From NCBI GenBank assembly GCA_043228905.1, contig JBHGNT010000013.1:8494001-8558000 (forward strand): a stretch of DNA of 64,000 nucleotides, written 5' to 3'. How positions within the stretch are numbered: position 1 is the first letter of the stretch; each line of letters begins with the position of its first letter. The notes below the pieces were generated by a model. The model ran no database searches and was not told the origin of the DNA. It saw nothing but the letters and a program-made list of their open reading frames with translations. Below, one piece after another: positions 1 through 12,698 of this stretch. The position numbers and the translations under genes are program-made. This stretch comes from Azolla caroliniana. Lineage: Eukaryota; Plantae; Polypodiophyta.

Positions 1-1116
1 TGCAGAATTATAGATGGTCCATAAGTTTGACGTATTTGATTCCATAAGTTTGATATATATAATTCTATTGGTGGAAATGAAAATGATTCTCTGACTTATT
101 CTGTGTTATAGGAATCCTTTCCAGTGTAAAGGCCCAAAAACTGTATTTTGTTTGATAATTGATATACTAATGATTATTGCCTTTGATTGCTAAAGAGGAA
201 AAGCTTGAATAAACACTTCAAGAAAATGTACATCTTGTAGTTGTCACTAAAAAATGTGATGACTGAATGTGTAGGATAAAGCAGTAGTGTTTCTATTAAT
301 CAAAGTTCCAAATGGGGCAATCCTAACTATAGATGAGGATAAAACTAGGTTTCTCCATTTTCGCTCTAATAACCTGAGCTTGGTACTATCTTTAAAAACA
401 CATTTTCGTGAAGCTTGTAATACAAGTGGGAAAACCTCTCTATAGGGGGAAGGAAAACCCACTAACTTGCAAGTCTCAACTACACGAATTGGGGATGATA
501 ATTTTAACCTTGTGTGATTATGTGAATTGTAAAAAAGCTTTTATTGGTCTCAGTCGTCTGGAAAGAATAGCTATATAAGAGTAATCCAACCTATACCTGA
601 CTAGTATAATACTAAAAGTAGAACATAAAAGTAATCAGTGACAGCTTGAAACCGACTCTTAAAATGACTCACTCTCAATCATACATCAAATAGAACACAA
701 CCTTTGGAAATGCAATTAAAATTTGTGAGGGTAGCATTAATGTCTACTCTTTTCGACTGTGTTATCTTCGGAAAGATTTTACTCTTTATCTCTAGCATGC
801 GAATAACTTACAATATATAGTCATACACACCAAAAATTAGAAATTAATCCTACTAGTAGTACTTCCAATATTATACAGATTAGTGTTGTTTCCAATGAAA
901 TGCAAACCCATTTTGCTGTAGTTATAAATATTCCATGCTGCTCGATGCAAAACCCACTGCATATGGACAAATCCTACTTGATCAAAATCGCATTTCCAAA
1001 ATAGGTTACTTGGAACCGAAATTGTATACTGCTTATGGCAGAGCAAACTAGTTTAATCACCTCAATGAAACATAACTTATGGTATTTTAGCTCTGCTATT
1101 GGTACAATATGTCCAA

Positions 1117-1368
1117 CTATTGTTCAAAGTTTTCTTGGTCTATTCTTTGCATCCCAGGTTGTTGCATAATCTTTGATTTCTTGTTTTTCTTAGAACTCGA
1201 CTCCAATGATGCCATTCGAATAGCATCATTCATACGATTAACCTTGGCATCCACCATGAGCTCATCCAAATCACTTTTCTCTAAAGACTCTGGTGGACAC
1301 AGTTCCATGTATTTCTTAAAGTTCTCTTCAGCTTTATCCTTCTGGTCCATCAATGTGTATACAAGTCC
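1117..1368 (-). CDS. SG1-like TPR protein, exon 4 (terminal)
   Basis: AG acceptor, GLVYTLMDQKDKAEENFKKYMELCP..., stop at 1117. The spliced product is about 533 aa with all introns in phase 0. Confidence 0.8.
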   Translation of the reverse strand, partial: GLVYTLMDQKDKAEENFKKYMELCPPESLEKSDLDELMVDAKVNRMNDAIRMASLESSSKKNKKSKIMQQPGMQRIDQENFEQ

Positions 1369-1701
1369 CTTATAACAAGGTGAAAAACAAAGCTATTCAA
1401 TAAACATAATATTTGTTGTGATTCTTGTTTAACTGTATTTTTATCTCTAAGAAAAAAGCCAAAATTTTGAAAAACGAATTGGCTAATATAATAATACCCC
1501 TCGTATCAGGGCCAATATCAATACCAACCCTCATTCAACAAACATCATGGCATACCCCTGATAAACAAAAACTAAACTACTGCATCTTTCAAGATGTCAT
1601 TAATAATTAAATTGATATAATCAAATTTGAACGAATGCACACTTCTTTTTTACCTTGAAATCAATATAATTGAGAGCAAATGTAAAAGTATTTTCTTTTA
1701 C

Positions 1702-1782
1702 CTGGCACAGATATGGTCGAAAATCATCTGGATCCTCATCTATCATCCTACTCAAATGTTGTAATGCATGTTCAAATTTCCC
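1702..1782 (-). CDS. SG1-like TPR protein, exon 3
   Basis: AG/GT flanked, 81 nt: GKFEHALQHLSRMIDEDPDDFRPYLCQ. DFRPYLCQG is the motif I recall for the SG1 family. Confidence 0.85.
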
Positions 1783-1910
1783 CTATGATATTGCAAACAA
1801 GTTTAGATTCTGATTCTCGATTCCTCGTCTACTCAATTAGAGAATAATTTCTACAATGTATATAACTTGTTTCTTGAACACACACAAACACATATGCAAC
1901 ATCTACTCAC

Positions 1911-2057
1911 AAGTTGAATATAGAATTGACCAAGTAACATTCCGAGATTTCTTGCTTCAATATTTTTCTTTTCCATCTGAGCTCTCTCCAGCGCTTTTTG
2001 AATGAGATTCAAGGCCCGTGACCCTTCACCTACTTTATTTAAAAGCATTACAAATCC
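1911..2057 (-). CDS. SG1-like TPR protein, exon 2
   Basis: TAG acceptor and GTGAGT donor, 147 nt in phase 0: GFVMLLNKVGEG...EARNLGMLLGQFYIQL. Confidence 0.8.
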
Positions 2058-2382
2058 CTAATTGAAACATCAGAATCCATGAAGATATTAGGTACACTCA
2101 ATTGATCTGATACGTTGAAAATGAGGTAACATTTTTGAAAAACTTGGTCATACAGATGTTAATAAACATTTCTAACAATAAACTTTCTAACAAAACATGT
2201 TAGTAGACTAAATCCAAGATCATTTGCAGACATTGTCATAAAAATTAAAAAACACCACTAGTGTTTGAATTATGCCCCTCGTTTTGGAGGAATTTTTTTT
2301 CCAAAAGAGGTGCAATCTGGTAACTCTCCCATTAAACTGATAAATGCATAATGCAAACAGAACTATGAATTTAAAATTTCAC

Positions 2383-3504
2383 CTGTAGGAACCTGGCAGA
2401 CAAGGGCTCATGATCAAGAAGTTCTTGATACTCCATTTTCGCCATCTGGATGTCCCCAAGAAACTCATGGGTTCGAGCTTTGAAGAATTTCCATTTCAGT
2501 CGATTAGGTTGGATTTCGAGCAACGTTTCAAGCACAGTTAGGGCACGGAGCATGTCTTGCCTCTTTATGACAGCACGGAGCAGAAGCTCCAGTATTCTAA
2601 AATCGCCTGGATGCTTGGAAAGCTCTTGCTGCAAACTATACATATATGAGCCCTCAGGTGTGGGAATTCCTCTCCAAAAACCGTCACTGAGACGAAACCT
2701 CTCTAAAGATTTCACGTCATCATTCTTCAGTGCATTTAGAGAGGCACGTTTTTTAGGATTGGAACTTGCATATTTCCGAACATTGGGAAGATGAGTGCTT
2801 CCCATGGCATCGGAAGACTTATTTCTCTTCAGATCAGAATCACAAACTTTCAAAACATCAGAAGGTTGGGCATTTCCTGAAGCATCTAAAGATGCATTTT
2901 TCTTCGAAACATCAGAAGAAATGGCATTTCTCTTAATATCTGTGGCCATTTCTTTCTCCTCAGTCGAAGAAGAGTTTTCATCATCAGCCACTGTTGTTTT
3001 CACCTTATATAAAGAAGAGTTTGCATCATCGATGACCACTTCTGTCTCCTTTAAAGAAGTTTTAAATCCTTCAAGGTTGTCTTCGCAAGTAATATTAGTT
3101 GGTTGGATACAAGTACTTGCAATTGCCTTCATGTTGGAATTGAGGCCTAGACCTAAGATAAGGAGACATTTTCCAAGGAATGGCAAGACATGGTGGTGTA
3201 TATTAACCCTGATTTCTTTTCTCTTATAAGAATAAGTTGACACTTTCTTATGTGAAGCTAAACCCTCAGGTATCCATGACTTCCATAAACTTTCATCATC
3301 ATCATCAGCAGCAGCAGCAGAAGAGGAAGAAGAAGAAGAAGAAAGAGAAGACGAGATTTTGAGAGCATGTTTACCTGGAGGTTTGAATGGAGTCTTCACA
3401 TGTGGGTGGGGTAGAAGTGATCGCCCACTGAAATGCTGAGAATTCAAACTCTGTTTTAGCCATGGATTCCTTTGGAATCCCACAGCGTGAAGCGGAGATA
3501 TCAT
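2383..3504 (-). CDS. SLOW GREEN 1-like chloroplast TPR protein, exon 1 (374 codons)
   Basis: ATG at 3504, Ser-rich transit-peptide-like N-terminus, TPR-like helices at the C-end. Ends CAG|GTGAAA donor, phase 0. Confidence 0.8.
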
Positions 3505-3846
3505 TGCTATCTATTGATGTATCTGTCTATGAGAGCATACCTCGTTTGCCCTTTCTTTCTTTCTTTTCTCTGAGTTTATCCAACCTGGGAGGGGCTTTCA
3601 CTTCATGTTTGCTTTAAACTCTTCTTCTTCTTCTTCTTCTTCTATTACTACGTAGGTTCTATCCTGATTCCCTACTCTAAAACCACCATTTATTTATGTG
3701 CACATACTCTATACATACATACATACATATGTATGTATGTATGTAATATAAATATATTATGGGCGCGTCACAACGCTTGTGTGCTCGGGTGTAAACTGGA
3801 CTCACACACACACACAAGTCCGACCGACCGCTTGTCTGTGTGTCTG

Positions 3847-4808
3847 TGTTACGGGCATGACCATATAATATCCCGTGGTGAGAATTTACCATAGTATTCT
3901 ATACTCGTGGATAAGTGTGAGGGTTAAATGAGAGTGTAAAGAAGGGGAAGATTACTTTTAATCCTCGGGATTGAGACAACCCATTAGGCCAAGTGTGAAC
4001 TTGCCTGGGGGCCTTGGGTATCGCTATAAATATGAAGCCTAGCTACCCTCATTTCTGTTAGGAAACAGATCCCTCCGGATGAGGAGTACCCGGCTACAGA
4101 TGACCCGGTGAGAATCAGATGATGAAGACCCGGTTAGAACCGGATGAGGAGTACCCGACTACGGATGACCCGGTGGGAACCGGATGACGAGTACCCGGCA
4201 AGCGCCGGATGATGCAGGCCCGGTGAAGAGTGCTCACCGGATGAAGGGACATATTCGTAAATATGTTTCTGAGAGTCCATCGGATCTATATTTATAAATA
4301 GCCGAAAAGTCATTTTAGTATAATAAATATGACTTAGGGCAAACTATCGTTGAGGTCTGTGATGTTGTTGTTATTGTTGGCGCAAGATTAGAGCGCGCAA
4401 CTGTGTACAGAGAGAGTGAGAGAGAGGAAGAGGTCGTTGCCTCTGTTGTAATCGCCGCCTGTGGCGAAGATAGAAAGCTCGAGGTTGTTGCCTCGGTGCT
4501 TTACCATTTTGTACATTCTGACATAGTGATAGTTTGCAGTCTGTGGGCTGTCGTGGTTTTTCCCGTATTTGGGTTTTCCTTGTAAACATCCTGTGTACTC
4601 TTCTCCTCACTGTGTCGTGCCTTCTTTCCCCGTTTTTCTGTGTTTTATGATTCTAAGCTCGGTTGTGGCCGAGCGTTGTTCATCGGGAGCGTGTGTTCTT
4701 GTCAATTTCATCATCTCTTGACTACATCGAGACTTTGTTCTTGTGGTGGGTCAACCATATAATATCCCGTGGTGAGAATTTACCGTAGTATTCTATACAC
4801 GTGGATAA
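3847..4808. mobile_element. Probable LTR (TGTTAC start), interrupted by a solo LTR and truncated by a copia insertion
   Basis: TGTT start, TATA at ~4025, and a 55-bp direct repeat (3860-3914 and 4754-4808, 2 mismatches). No matching second LTR in the window. Confidence 0.45.
4056..4704 (+). mobile_element. Copia solo LTR (related to family A)
   Basis: TG...CA ends, ATTTC TSD (4051-4055 and 4705-4709), CCGGATGA repeats, similar to the LTRs at 17580 and 55887. Confidence 0.9.
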
Positions 4809-5690
4809 TGTTGAGAAATCGTTGTGGAAATTTAATTCACAATGAACAGACAATGTTGAAATACGAATTACAAAAATGCCAGAAAGACAAGACACACAAC
4901 AGTGCACAGAGATTTACGTGGAAACGCTAAAACGGGGAAAAAACCACTGGTGAACAGATTCTTCACTATACAAAGTGGATATACAACACCGAGAGGAGTA
5001 CAACACTCTGTTGAGTGTATCAGCCACACAGGGCTCTTCGCGTCTGCTGTTACAAACACAACTATGGCGCGCGGCTCACGCTACTCTCTCTCTCTCACTC
5101 TCACTCTCTTCTGTTCTACAACCTCGGTTCTTACACTGTTCTGCACATACACAATTCTAGCTAAAAGTTTGCCCTAGTTGCATATATACTTACGCAACTT
5201 TCTGGTTATTTACATACGTAGCCCTCATGGGGCGCACACTTAGACTATTTACAATTATAGTCTCCCGAGTTGGCTATATACACGTTTCTGGTTTCAGTCA
5301 CTCATCAACTCGGCTCCTCTCTCTTTCCCATCTGGAGGGACTTGTTTCCACACATCATCATCATCATTATTACTATAATAATAATAGTTGAATCTTCAAG
5401 CAGTCGACTCACAGTTTTCGACTCTTCGACTGTCGGCTTTCTGAACAGTCGGATCTTCCCTGTCATCAACTGTTGGCTTTCCGATTAGTCGGTTCTTCCT
5501 CCCACTAGAGGGACATATTTCCAACAAACTCCCCCTTCACTCTTGTGGGAGGAAATCTGTCAGTCCTATATTTTGTCGACAAACTCTGAGTCTGTCCATA
5601 GGTAGGTTCTTCGTCAGCATGTCAGATCCACTGTTGTCGATATGGATCTCACAAGGGAAAACTCTCCTTCTTCGACTCTCTCCTGCAACT
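4809..5690 (-). mobile_element. Truncated copia: 3' LTR (4809-5526), PPT and RNase H C-terminus
   Basis: On the minus strand TGAAGGGGGAGTT precedes TGTTGG, and the frame encodes IHIDNSGSDMLTKNL. The right boundary is approximate. Confidence 0.8.
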
Positions 5691-7130
5691 AGTAATACCT
5701 TCTCTGTATGTGCTTGGTCCGGGAATGGTATGTCGCGTTCTTGGCTAGATGTATGGCTCCGAACTTTGGGAAAATTGCCCGATACCTGGACAAATTTTGT
5801 CACAGTTTTCAAGGGCCAATTTCTGCAACCTTCCTCTCGAACCGAGATAGCACAAGCTTTAATGAACCTCTCTAGTAGGAAGTTTTCCTCGCTAGAAGAC
5901 TATGTCCACCATGCTAGAACCCAAATCCAAAAATTGGGTCTAGAAGGGGACAATTGGTTGATAGCTTGTTTTGTCAATGGCATCCCCAATTCGGACTATC
6001 ACTAGATAGTGCATGATAAGGATCCAAAATCCTTCGAAGAGGCCGTTGAAATAGTTCTTTGCTATCAACGCACTTCGAAGAAGAAACATAACAAACACAA
6101 CGAAGCACCCGGGGCTCAGCAGTCGCAATTTGTTGGGAAATGCAAGACACCCAATGAATTCATGGATCGCGATTGTAAGCGACAACATCCTTTTTGCGTA
6201 TTCTGCAAAAAGAAGGGTCATACAAAAGAACAATGTCTAAAGCTCCAACGGAAAGAGCAGGACAACAATGCAAAAGTTGCAGACCATAAAGGTCAGATTC
6301 CTATTGTCCTTGAGGTCTATACACATCATTTAAGTAATTGTCAATGTTCTTTCCCTCACTATGTATTGGGACCCAATGATTTACTACGTGCAAACGGGTA
6401 TATCAATGGATCTCCCATACAATTTTTATTTGATTCGGGAAGCTCACACAATTTTGTGAATGATCGTTTGGTTCAGATATGGGGAATCCAACCCACCGTA
6501 AGTGATCACACTTATTAGGAATTTCTATTGATACTTATATAGAGTAAGTAGACTTCCATGTAATGAATCTTTGTACCACTAATGTAATACTGGGTTATCC
6601 CTGGTTTTTTAATAAAAACTCTTCTTTATCTATTGATTGGGTTCATCATTCAATTACTTTTGTACTGAACGATTGTACTCATTTTATTCAATGTTTTAAA
6701 AAACAATCTCTTTCAATTGTTTCCTCACCATCAATATTCGAGTTGTCTTGTTCTACTTTATTTTATTGTATACTTGATTCAGACATTCACGTTTACAATA
6801 TCGATAATGTCTCGGGTCAATTATCATATTTTGAACAAAAACAACTTGATGAAATCATAAATGATTTTCGTGATGTTTTTCCGAGTGAACTACCACATGG
6901 GTTTAATACCTTCTAAATGTAATATAGACCATCGTATGGATATTGTACCTGACATTGCACCAATAAGTATACCTCCTTATCACTTAAGTCGATCCAAAGA
7001 GGATGAGGTATCTAAGCAACTCAAGAACTATTTACGAATGGGTTATATACGTTATAGTAAATCTCCATGGGGTGCACCTGTTCTCTTGGTAAAAAAGAAA
7101 GAGGGCACATGGCATATGTGTATTAATTAC
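5690..7130 (+). pseudogene. Degenerate Ty3/gypsy gag-protease-RT fragment
   Basis: Zinc knuckle CVFCKKKGHTKEQC, protease FLFDSGSSHNF, RT start SPWGAPVLLVKKKEGTWHMCINY. Has stops and frameshifts. Confidence 0.85.
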
Positions 7131-9022
7131 TATTGAGATACAAGCTCAACATTGGCCGGATTGGTGCGCAAACCGGTGCGCAACAAGAGGCCGGATTAGT
7201 GCAGAAACCGAGAGGCCGTTGAACAGATATTCCGGGAGGGAATATACTTGGGAGTTAGTGTAGGAGCTCAATTATGAGCATTGACGTACGTGTCAGTACT
7301 TCTGTCAGTCTGTATGGACTTGTATAAAAGTGCCCTCTGAGCACATCCTATGTATAGAGTTTACACATTATTTGAATTTTAGTTTTTTCTGTGTGTTAAA
7401 TCCCTCTCTGCCTCTCCCGCGTATGTCGTGTCTTAAGCTCTCCATTAAACCTGTTTTTCCCTGTTGGTATTCTGTGTTTCATATAGCTTCCTCACGTAAC
7501 ATTTCACATGGTATCAGAGTGCGAGGGTTGAGAACCTCTGCAACCAACTTCAACTCGAAACACACAAAAAAAAAATCTAATCTCGGTGAAGAACATAAAG
7601 GAAAAAATGGATAGAGGTATGGCTAGTTTGCTTCCAACTGAGAAGCTCGATAGAAGTAACTACACATCTTGATTGTACAAGATGCACCAGTACCTGCTCG
7701 GACATGGATACTGGAGCTATGTCAATGGAGCGAATGATGCATCACCCGAATCGACACACAGAGACATCCCGGCCTAGGAACTGTCGGCGAGTAGAGTTCT
7801 CTACTACTTCCCGTCATGTGTGAGCGAACAACTCTTGAGCTACATTCGGGATGCAAGAATGTTGAAGGATGCTTGGGGAAATCTGAAAAAGATTTTCGCC
7901 GCAAGCACCACAACCAGGAAGCTCCAACTCCGATAGGAGTTTAGCAATGTGTGTCAACGCGACATGACAGTGGCTAACTATACACCTCCAAGATAAAGGA
8001 TATCAGTGATTCCCTCGCCTCCATAGATGTGAATGTTGAGGAGGGCGAAATGGTGCAGATCTGCCTCGGAGGATTGACGTCGAAGTTCAGAGCATTCCGA
8101 ATTGCTATTTGTACAAGGGAGAATACGTTGTCGTTTTTCGACTTGCAGTCGATGCTCCTTGTAGAGGAGAATCACGCGGGTACGTCGCCGAGTACGCATG
8201 CCGATAGCAAGATGTTGTACTCGGAGGGAAATAGGTCCCGTGGTTGTGGTGGACGAGGCGAGACGGTGCGCAATGGAGGCGGCCAATGGGAGCAAGGAAG
8301 AAGGTATTGTGGTGATGCCGACAGCAATTCCGGACCCTCCAAAAGTAGGGGGAGTCAAGGAGGCGACGAGAACCGGCAAGGGAAACACGTCGCGGAATGC
8401 TGGTATTGTGGCAAGAAAGGCCACAAGGAGAGCGAGTGCTGGAAGAAGCGCGCCGATTCGGAGAAAACTGGATCTGCATCCAGACAGACTGAACAAGGAA
8501 ATTGGCAGCGGTCGCACTACGCCGAAGGATCCGAAAAAGTTGGAAAGGGTGGAGTCTTCGTGACAAGACACGAAGCGAACTCAATGAACAAGACCACCCC
8601 GAAATTGGACGAAGTGTGGTACGTTGACTCCGGAGCGTCAAACCATATGACGAGCCATAAAGAGTGATTCTCATATATGGGAAAACCGGAACAACCGGGA
8701 GTAGTCGCAACAGGAGACGACATTCCGCGTCCAATTGTACATGTCGGTGAAGTTCCCCTCAGCCACGTCGGGCAAAAAGGGCAGCTAATGAACGTGCTAC
8801 ACGACCCGATAATTACGAAGAATCCGGTGTCGTTCGGATAGATTGTTGACCAGGGGATGCAAGTCCGGTTCACGCATCTCAGGTGCTTCATCGAGGAAGA
8901 AGGCCAAGTTATTGCGCAAGGGCGCATAGATGGGAGGATGTTCATCCTCGACACCAATGACGTAGGCACCGCCATGTTCACGAAAGGGCAAAAAGTCGAG
9001 TCGGATATCGACTTGTGGCATA
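7131..9022 (+). mobile_element. Truncated copia family B: 5' LTR 7131-7508, tRNA-iMet PBS, degenerate gag-protease
   Basis: LTR resembles the reverse complement of 38658-39023. PBS TGGTATCAGAG at 7509, CWYCGKKGHKESEC, WYVDSGASNHM. Confidence 0.9.
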
Positions 9023-9722
9023 TGTTAGATATAATCAATCATCAACCTGAAGTTGTAAATCTATCCCCATATGTGCTCTTAGAGTGCACATTTTGTGATA
9101 GCTCCCCAAATGAGGAGTGGCTAGTGTGCAACTCGACCATATGGGTTGATAAGGTGTTAATCTAGGAAACCGTAGATGTATAGGACACAATGTATTTAGG
9201 AAAGAGAGAAATAGGTAATAGGATTGGCTAATCAAGTCAACTAGAATATTTTGTGGGCAAGTTACGATGTACTTAGTCTTGAAGTATGTGCCATTGACTT
9301 CAAGATAAGTACTATCTAGCACTGGCCTATATCTAGGGAATTGGGTCATATTAAATGACAAGTTAGTTGACAAAAAAAGGAATATCTCCACTACTATCAA
9401 CTGACTTGCACATTTAATGTTATACGTAGACCAAAGATAGAATATAATCCACTTTCTTACATAGTGGTTGGATTGATCATGAGTCCCCACTAATTTTGTA
9501 GTGAGCTGGTCCAGATCCCATCTAAGCTCTAAGGTGTGAGCGCATGGGTGAACTACCATTGTGAGCTACTCTCATATGTAATAGAAGTTTTGTTTTCATA
9601 TATCCATCTATGTGGTTGTAACTCTATATACCTATCTATTCAATTCTCAATATTTCTAACATGGTATCAGAGCAAGGTTGATCTAGATTAGGTGTATACG
9701 GGTAGTTGCTGTCTAGCAGCGC

Positions 9723-9752
9723 AGAGAAATAGAGAAATAGAGAAATAGAGAA

Positions 9753-9798
<46 letters not shown>
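9723..9798 (+). repeat. (AGAGAAAT)4 plus (GA)n microsatellite in the copia 5' leader
   Basis: Directly visible. Confidence 0.9.
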
Positions 9799-9801
<3 letters not shown>

Positions 9802-9891
9802 CAATGGCCTTGTCCACAAATGTTGTAGTTGCTCCACTGTGCATTCACCCACCTCCATTGTCTGATGGAAAGCTAGATGGAACCAACTACA

Positions 9892-10617
9892 TGACAGGAA
9901 CTCAAACGCTCCTTTCGCACAACGCTCGGCCACAACCGAGCTTAGAATCATACACAGAAAACGGGAAATAAACCACGACACGAAGAAGAAACGAGTGCAC
10001 AGGATGTTTACGTGGAAAACCCAAAGAGGGAAAAAACCACGGCAGCCCACAGGCTGCAAACTATCACTATGCTAGAATGTACAACAGTGAGTTCACGGAG
10101 GCAACGACCTCGTGCTCACGATCCTCGCCACAGGCGGCGGTTACAACAGAGGCAACGACCTCTTTCTCTCTCTCTCTCTCTGTACACTGTTACGCGCTCA
10201 CTCTATTCTTGCACCAACAAGAATGACAACCGCAACTACAAGTTTGCCCTAAGTCATATTTATACTAATATGACTTTTCGGCTATTTACAAATATAGCCT
10301 CGATGGACTCTCAGAAACATATTTACGAATATGTCTCTTCATCCGGTTCTCACTGGGTCTGCACCATCCGGCTCTCCGTAACCGGGTACTCCTCATCCGG
10401 TTCTCACCGGGTCTACACCATCCGGTTCTCACCGGGTCTACACCATCCGGTTCTCCGTAGCCGGGTACTCCTCATCCAGTTCTCACCGGGTCTACACCAT
10501 CCGGTTCTCCGTAGCCGGGTACTCCTCATCCGGTTCTCACCGGGTCTGCACCATCCGGTTTCGGTTCATCGGCATTGTTCTTCTCCCTTCCCATCCGGAG
10601 GGACCTGTCTCCCAACA
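9892..10617 (-). mobile_element. Copia solo LTR inserted in gag of family C
   Basis: TG...CA ends and CTACA TSD (9887-9891 and 10618-10622). Removing it rejoins gag as KLDGTNY|TLWKFK. Confidence 0.92.
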
Positions 10618-12698
10618 CTACACTCTTTGGAAGTTCAAAATGTCTGCCATTTTGGACTCCTACGAGTTGTTGGAGACAATCATGGGACCCACAGGAGGAG
10701 ACCCTGAGCCCATGGTGACCTTTGACCCTGCACACCCTACCACATCAATCCCTCCAAATGCTGATCTACTTCGAACCTAGAAGAGAAGGAATGTTGATAC
10801 GTTGTGTACCATAGTCACTGGTGTATGTGACTCTGTACTGACATTAGTGCAACATACAACCAGGGTACATGAAGCTTGGAGCATATTGGCCAGCCAGTAT
10901 GAAACCATAAATTATACAAGGATATAGAACCTCGAAAATCAGCTTGTTGCACAGAAGCTCGTTGATGGAGAGAAAGTAGAATCCTTTGTAAAAAGGATTA
11001 AGGATCTTCAAGATCAGCTGGCGGCTGTTGGAGTAGCTGTCTCTCCAGAGGATAAGGCTTGTTGGTGCATTCGAGTACTTCCTTTCAAGTATGATGGCAT
11101 TGTGACAACATTGAACACTCAGGTTCAACCCACTCCTTTAAAATTTGATGAACTAAGTGCAATGCTGCTTGAAGAGGAGCTTCGACTGAAGACAAGAGAA
11201 GGAAGGGAAGATTCGGCATTTGTCTCTAGGACAAAGGGTAAAGGGGCATCGAATTCAAACAATGCGAATAGGATACCAAAGAAGAAGAAGTTCAATGGAT
11301 CATGTTTCTACTGTGACAAGAAGGGTCACACAATCAAGGATTGTCGGAAGAAGATGGCGGATGAGAAGAATGGTTCTAGTAAGACTTCTTGGAGAGAGCC
11401 CGAGTCCGCCAACAATGTCGTAGATGAGCTTGAGTTATGGGTCACAAACGAAGAAGTGTGTTCTTCAGTTGACACTCAAGTTGTCGACGACTCTTGGATT
11501 CTCGATAGTGGAGTGTCCCGACATATGACCAATAATCGTGACTGGTACAGCTCTTGGACACCTCTACAAGAACCCATCAATGTTGTGGTCGGGAACAATG
11601 CTCGATGTCCAGCCAAAGGAACCAGAACTGTCTCCCTCAAAGCAACGACCGACGGGACAAAGCATCTCTCTCAAGTGTTGTACGTGCCAGATCTCAAGAA
11701 GAATCTATTGTCCATTTCTGCACTGACCGACAAGGGCCTTGATGTTCGATTCAAGAAGTCGGGTGAAGAAATAATAGATTCTGATGGCAAGGTTGTAGGA
11801 ATAGGGGTAAGGCGCAACAATCTCTATGAGCTCAGCGCGTTTACGATTTCTATTGACCACAACACAAGTACTAACACAAAGCAATGACATGAGAGATTTG
11901 GGCATCTCAATGTTGGTGTGTTGAAGGAGATGAAGAAGTCGAATATGGTAGTTTGGTTGCCAACCCTATCTGACTTAATTCATGTTTGTGGTGCTTGTAT
12001 GATGGGCAAGCATCAAAGGTTAGCCATTCCAAAAGAGAGTCAAAATCGGACAAAGACTCTACAACTAATACACATTGACCTCTTTGGAAAAATGGTGACT
12101 CTTGCAATGGGCAGATCTCTCTACTATATGCTACTAGTCGACGACTTCAGTAGAAAGATGTGGGTTTACTTCCTTCAGGAGAAGGCTGAAGCTTTTAAAT
12201 CTTCAAAAGATGGCATAAGTTTGTCAAGCGAAAGTCCAAAAAGTTAGTGAAGGAGTTACGCTATGATCGAGGTGGAGAATTCTTATCAATAGAATTCTGT
12301 GAGTATTGCAAAGAGCATGGAATTAAGCGCCAACTTACAATTGACTACACCCCACAACAAAATGGTGTTGTTGAACGTCGAAACCGAACATTTGTCGAGA
12401 TGACTAGGTGTATGTTGAAGGCACAAGCCCTTCCTAAACCATTCTGGGTTGAAGTAGTGAATACAATAGTTTACATCCTCAATCGAAGCTACACAAAGGC
12501 ACTTCAAGGGAAAACACACCAAGAAGCTTATTTAGGCAAGACACCTTTAGTGCTGCACTTCAGAACCTTTGGGTGTACGTGCTACGCACATGTTCCAGAT
12601 GTGAGCAGAAAGAAGTTGGATGCTAAAAGCAAGAGGTGTATCTTTCTTGGATATAGTGAAGAGTCAAAGGCCTATCGACTCTACAATCCAGAGGCAAG

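Larger units (their letters stand above)
9023..12698 (+). mobile_element. Truncated copia family C: 5' LTR 9023-9661, PBS, gag-protease-integrase
   Basis: TGTTAGA...TCTAACA LTR, TGGTATCAGAGC at 9662, CFYCDKKGHTIKDC, WILDSG, TPQQNGVVERRNRT. Confidence 0.9.

Noticed and set aside
1-1100. Short ORFs and a 13-bp duplication (TCCATAAGTTTGA) downstream of the host gene
   Set aside because: AT-rich 3' UTR or intergenic sequence with no recognisable coding or structural signal.
10340-10560. CRISPR-like appearance of the CATCCGGTTCTC repeats
   Set aside because: The spacers are themselves repeated, the array lies inside a TSD-flanked solo LTR, the context is eukaryotic and there are no cas genes.
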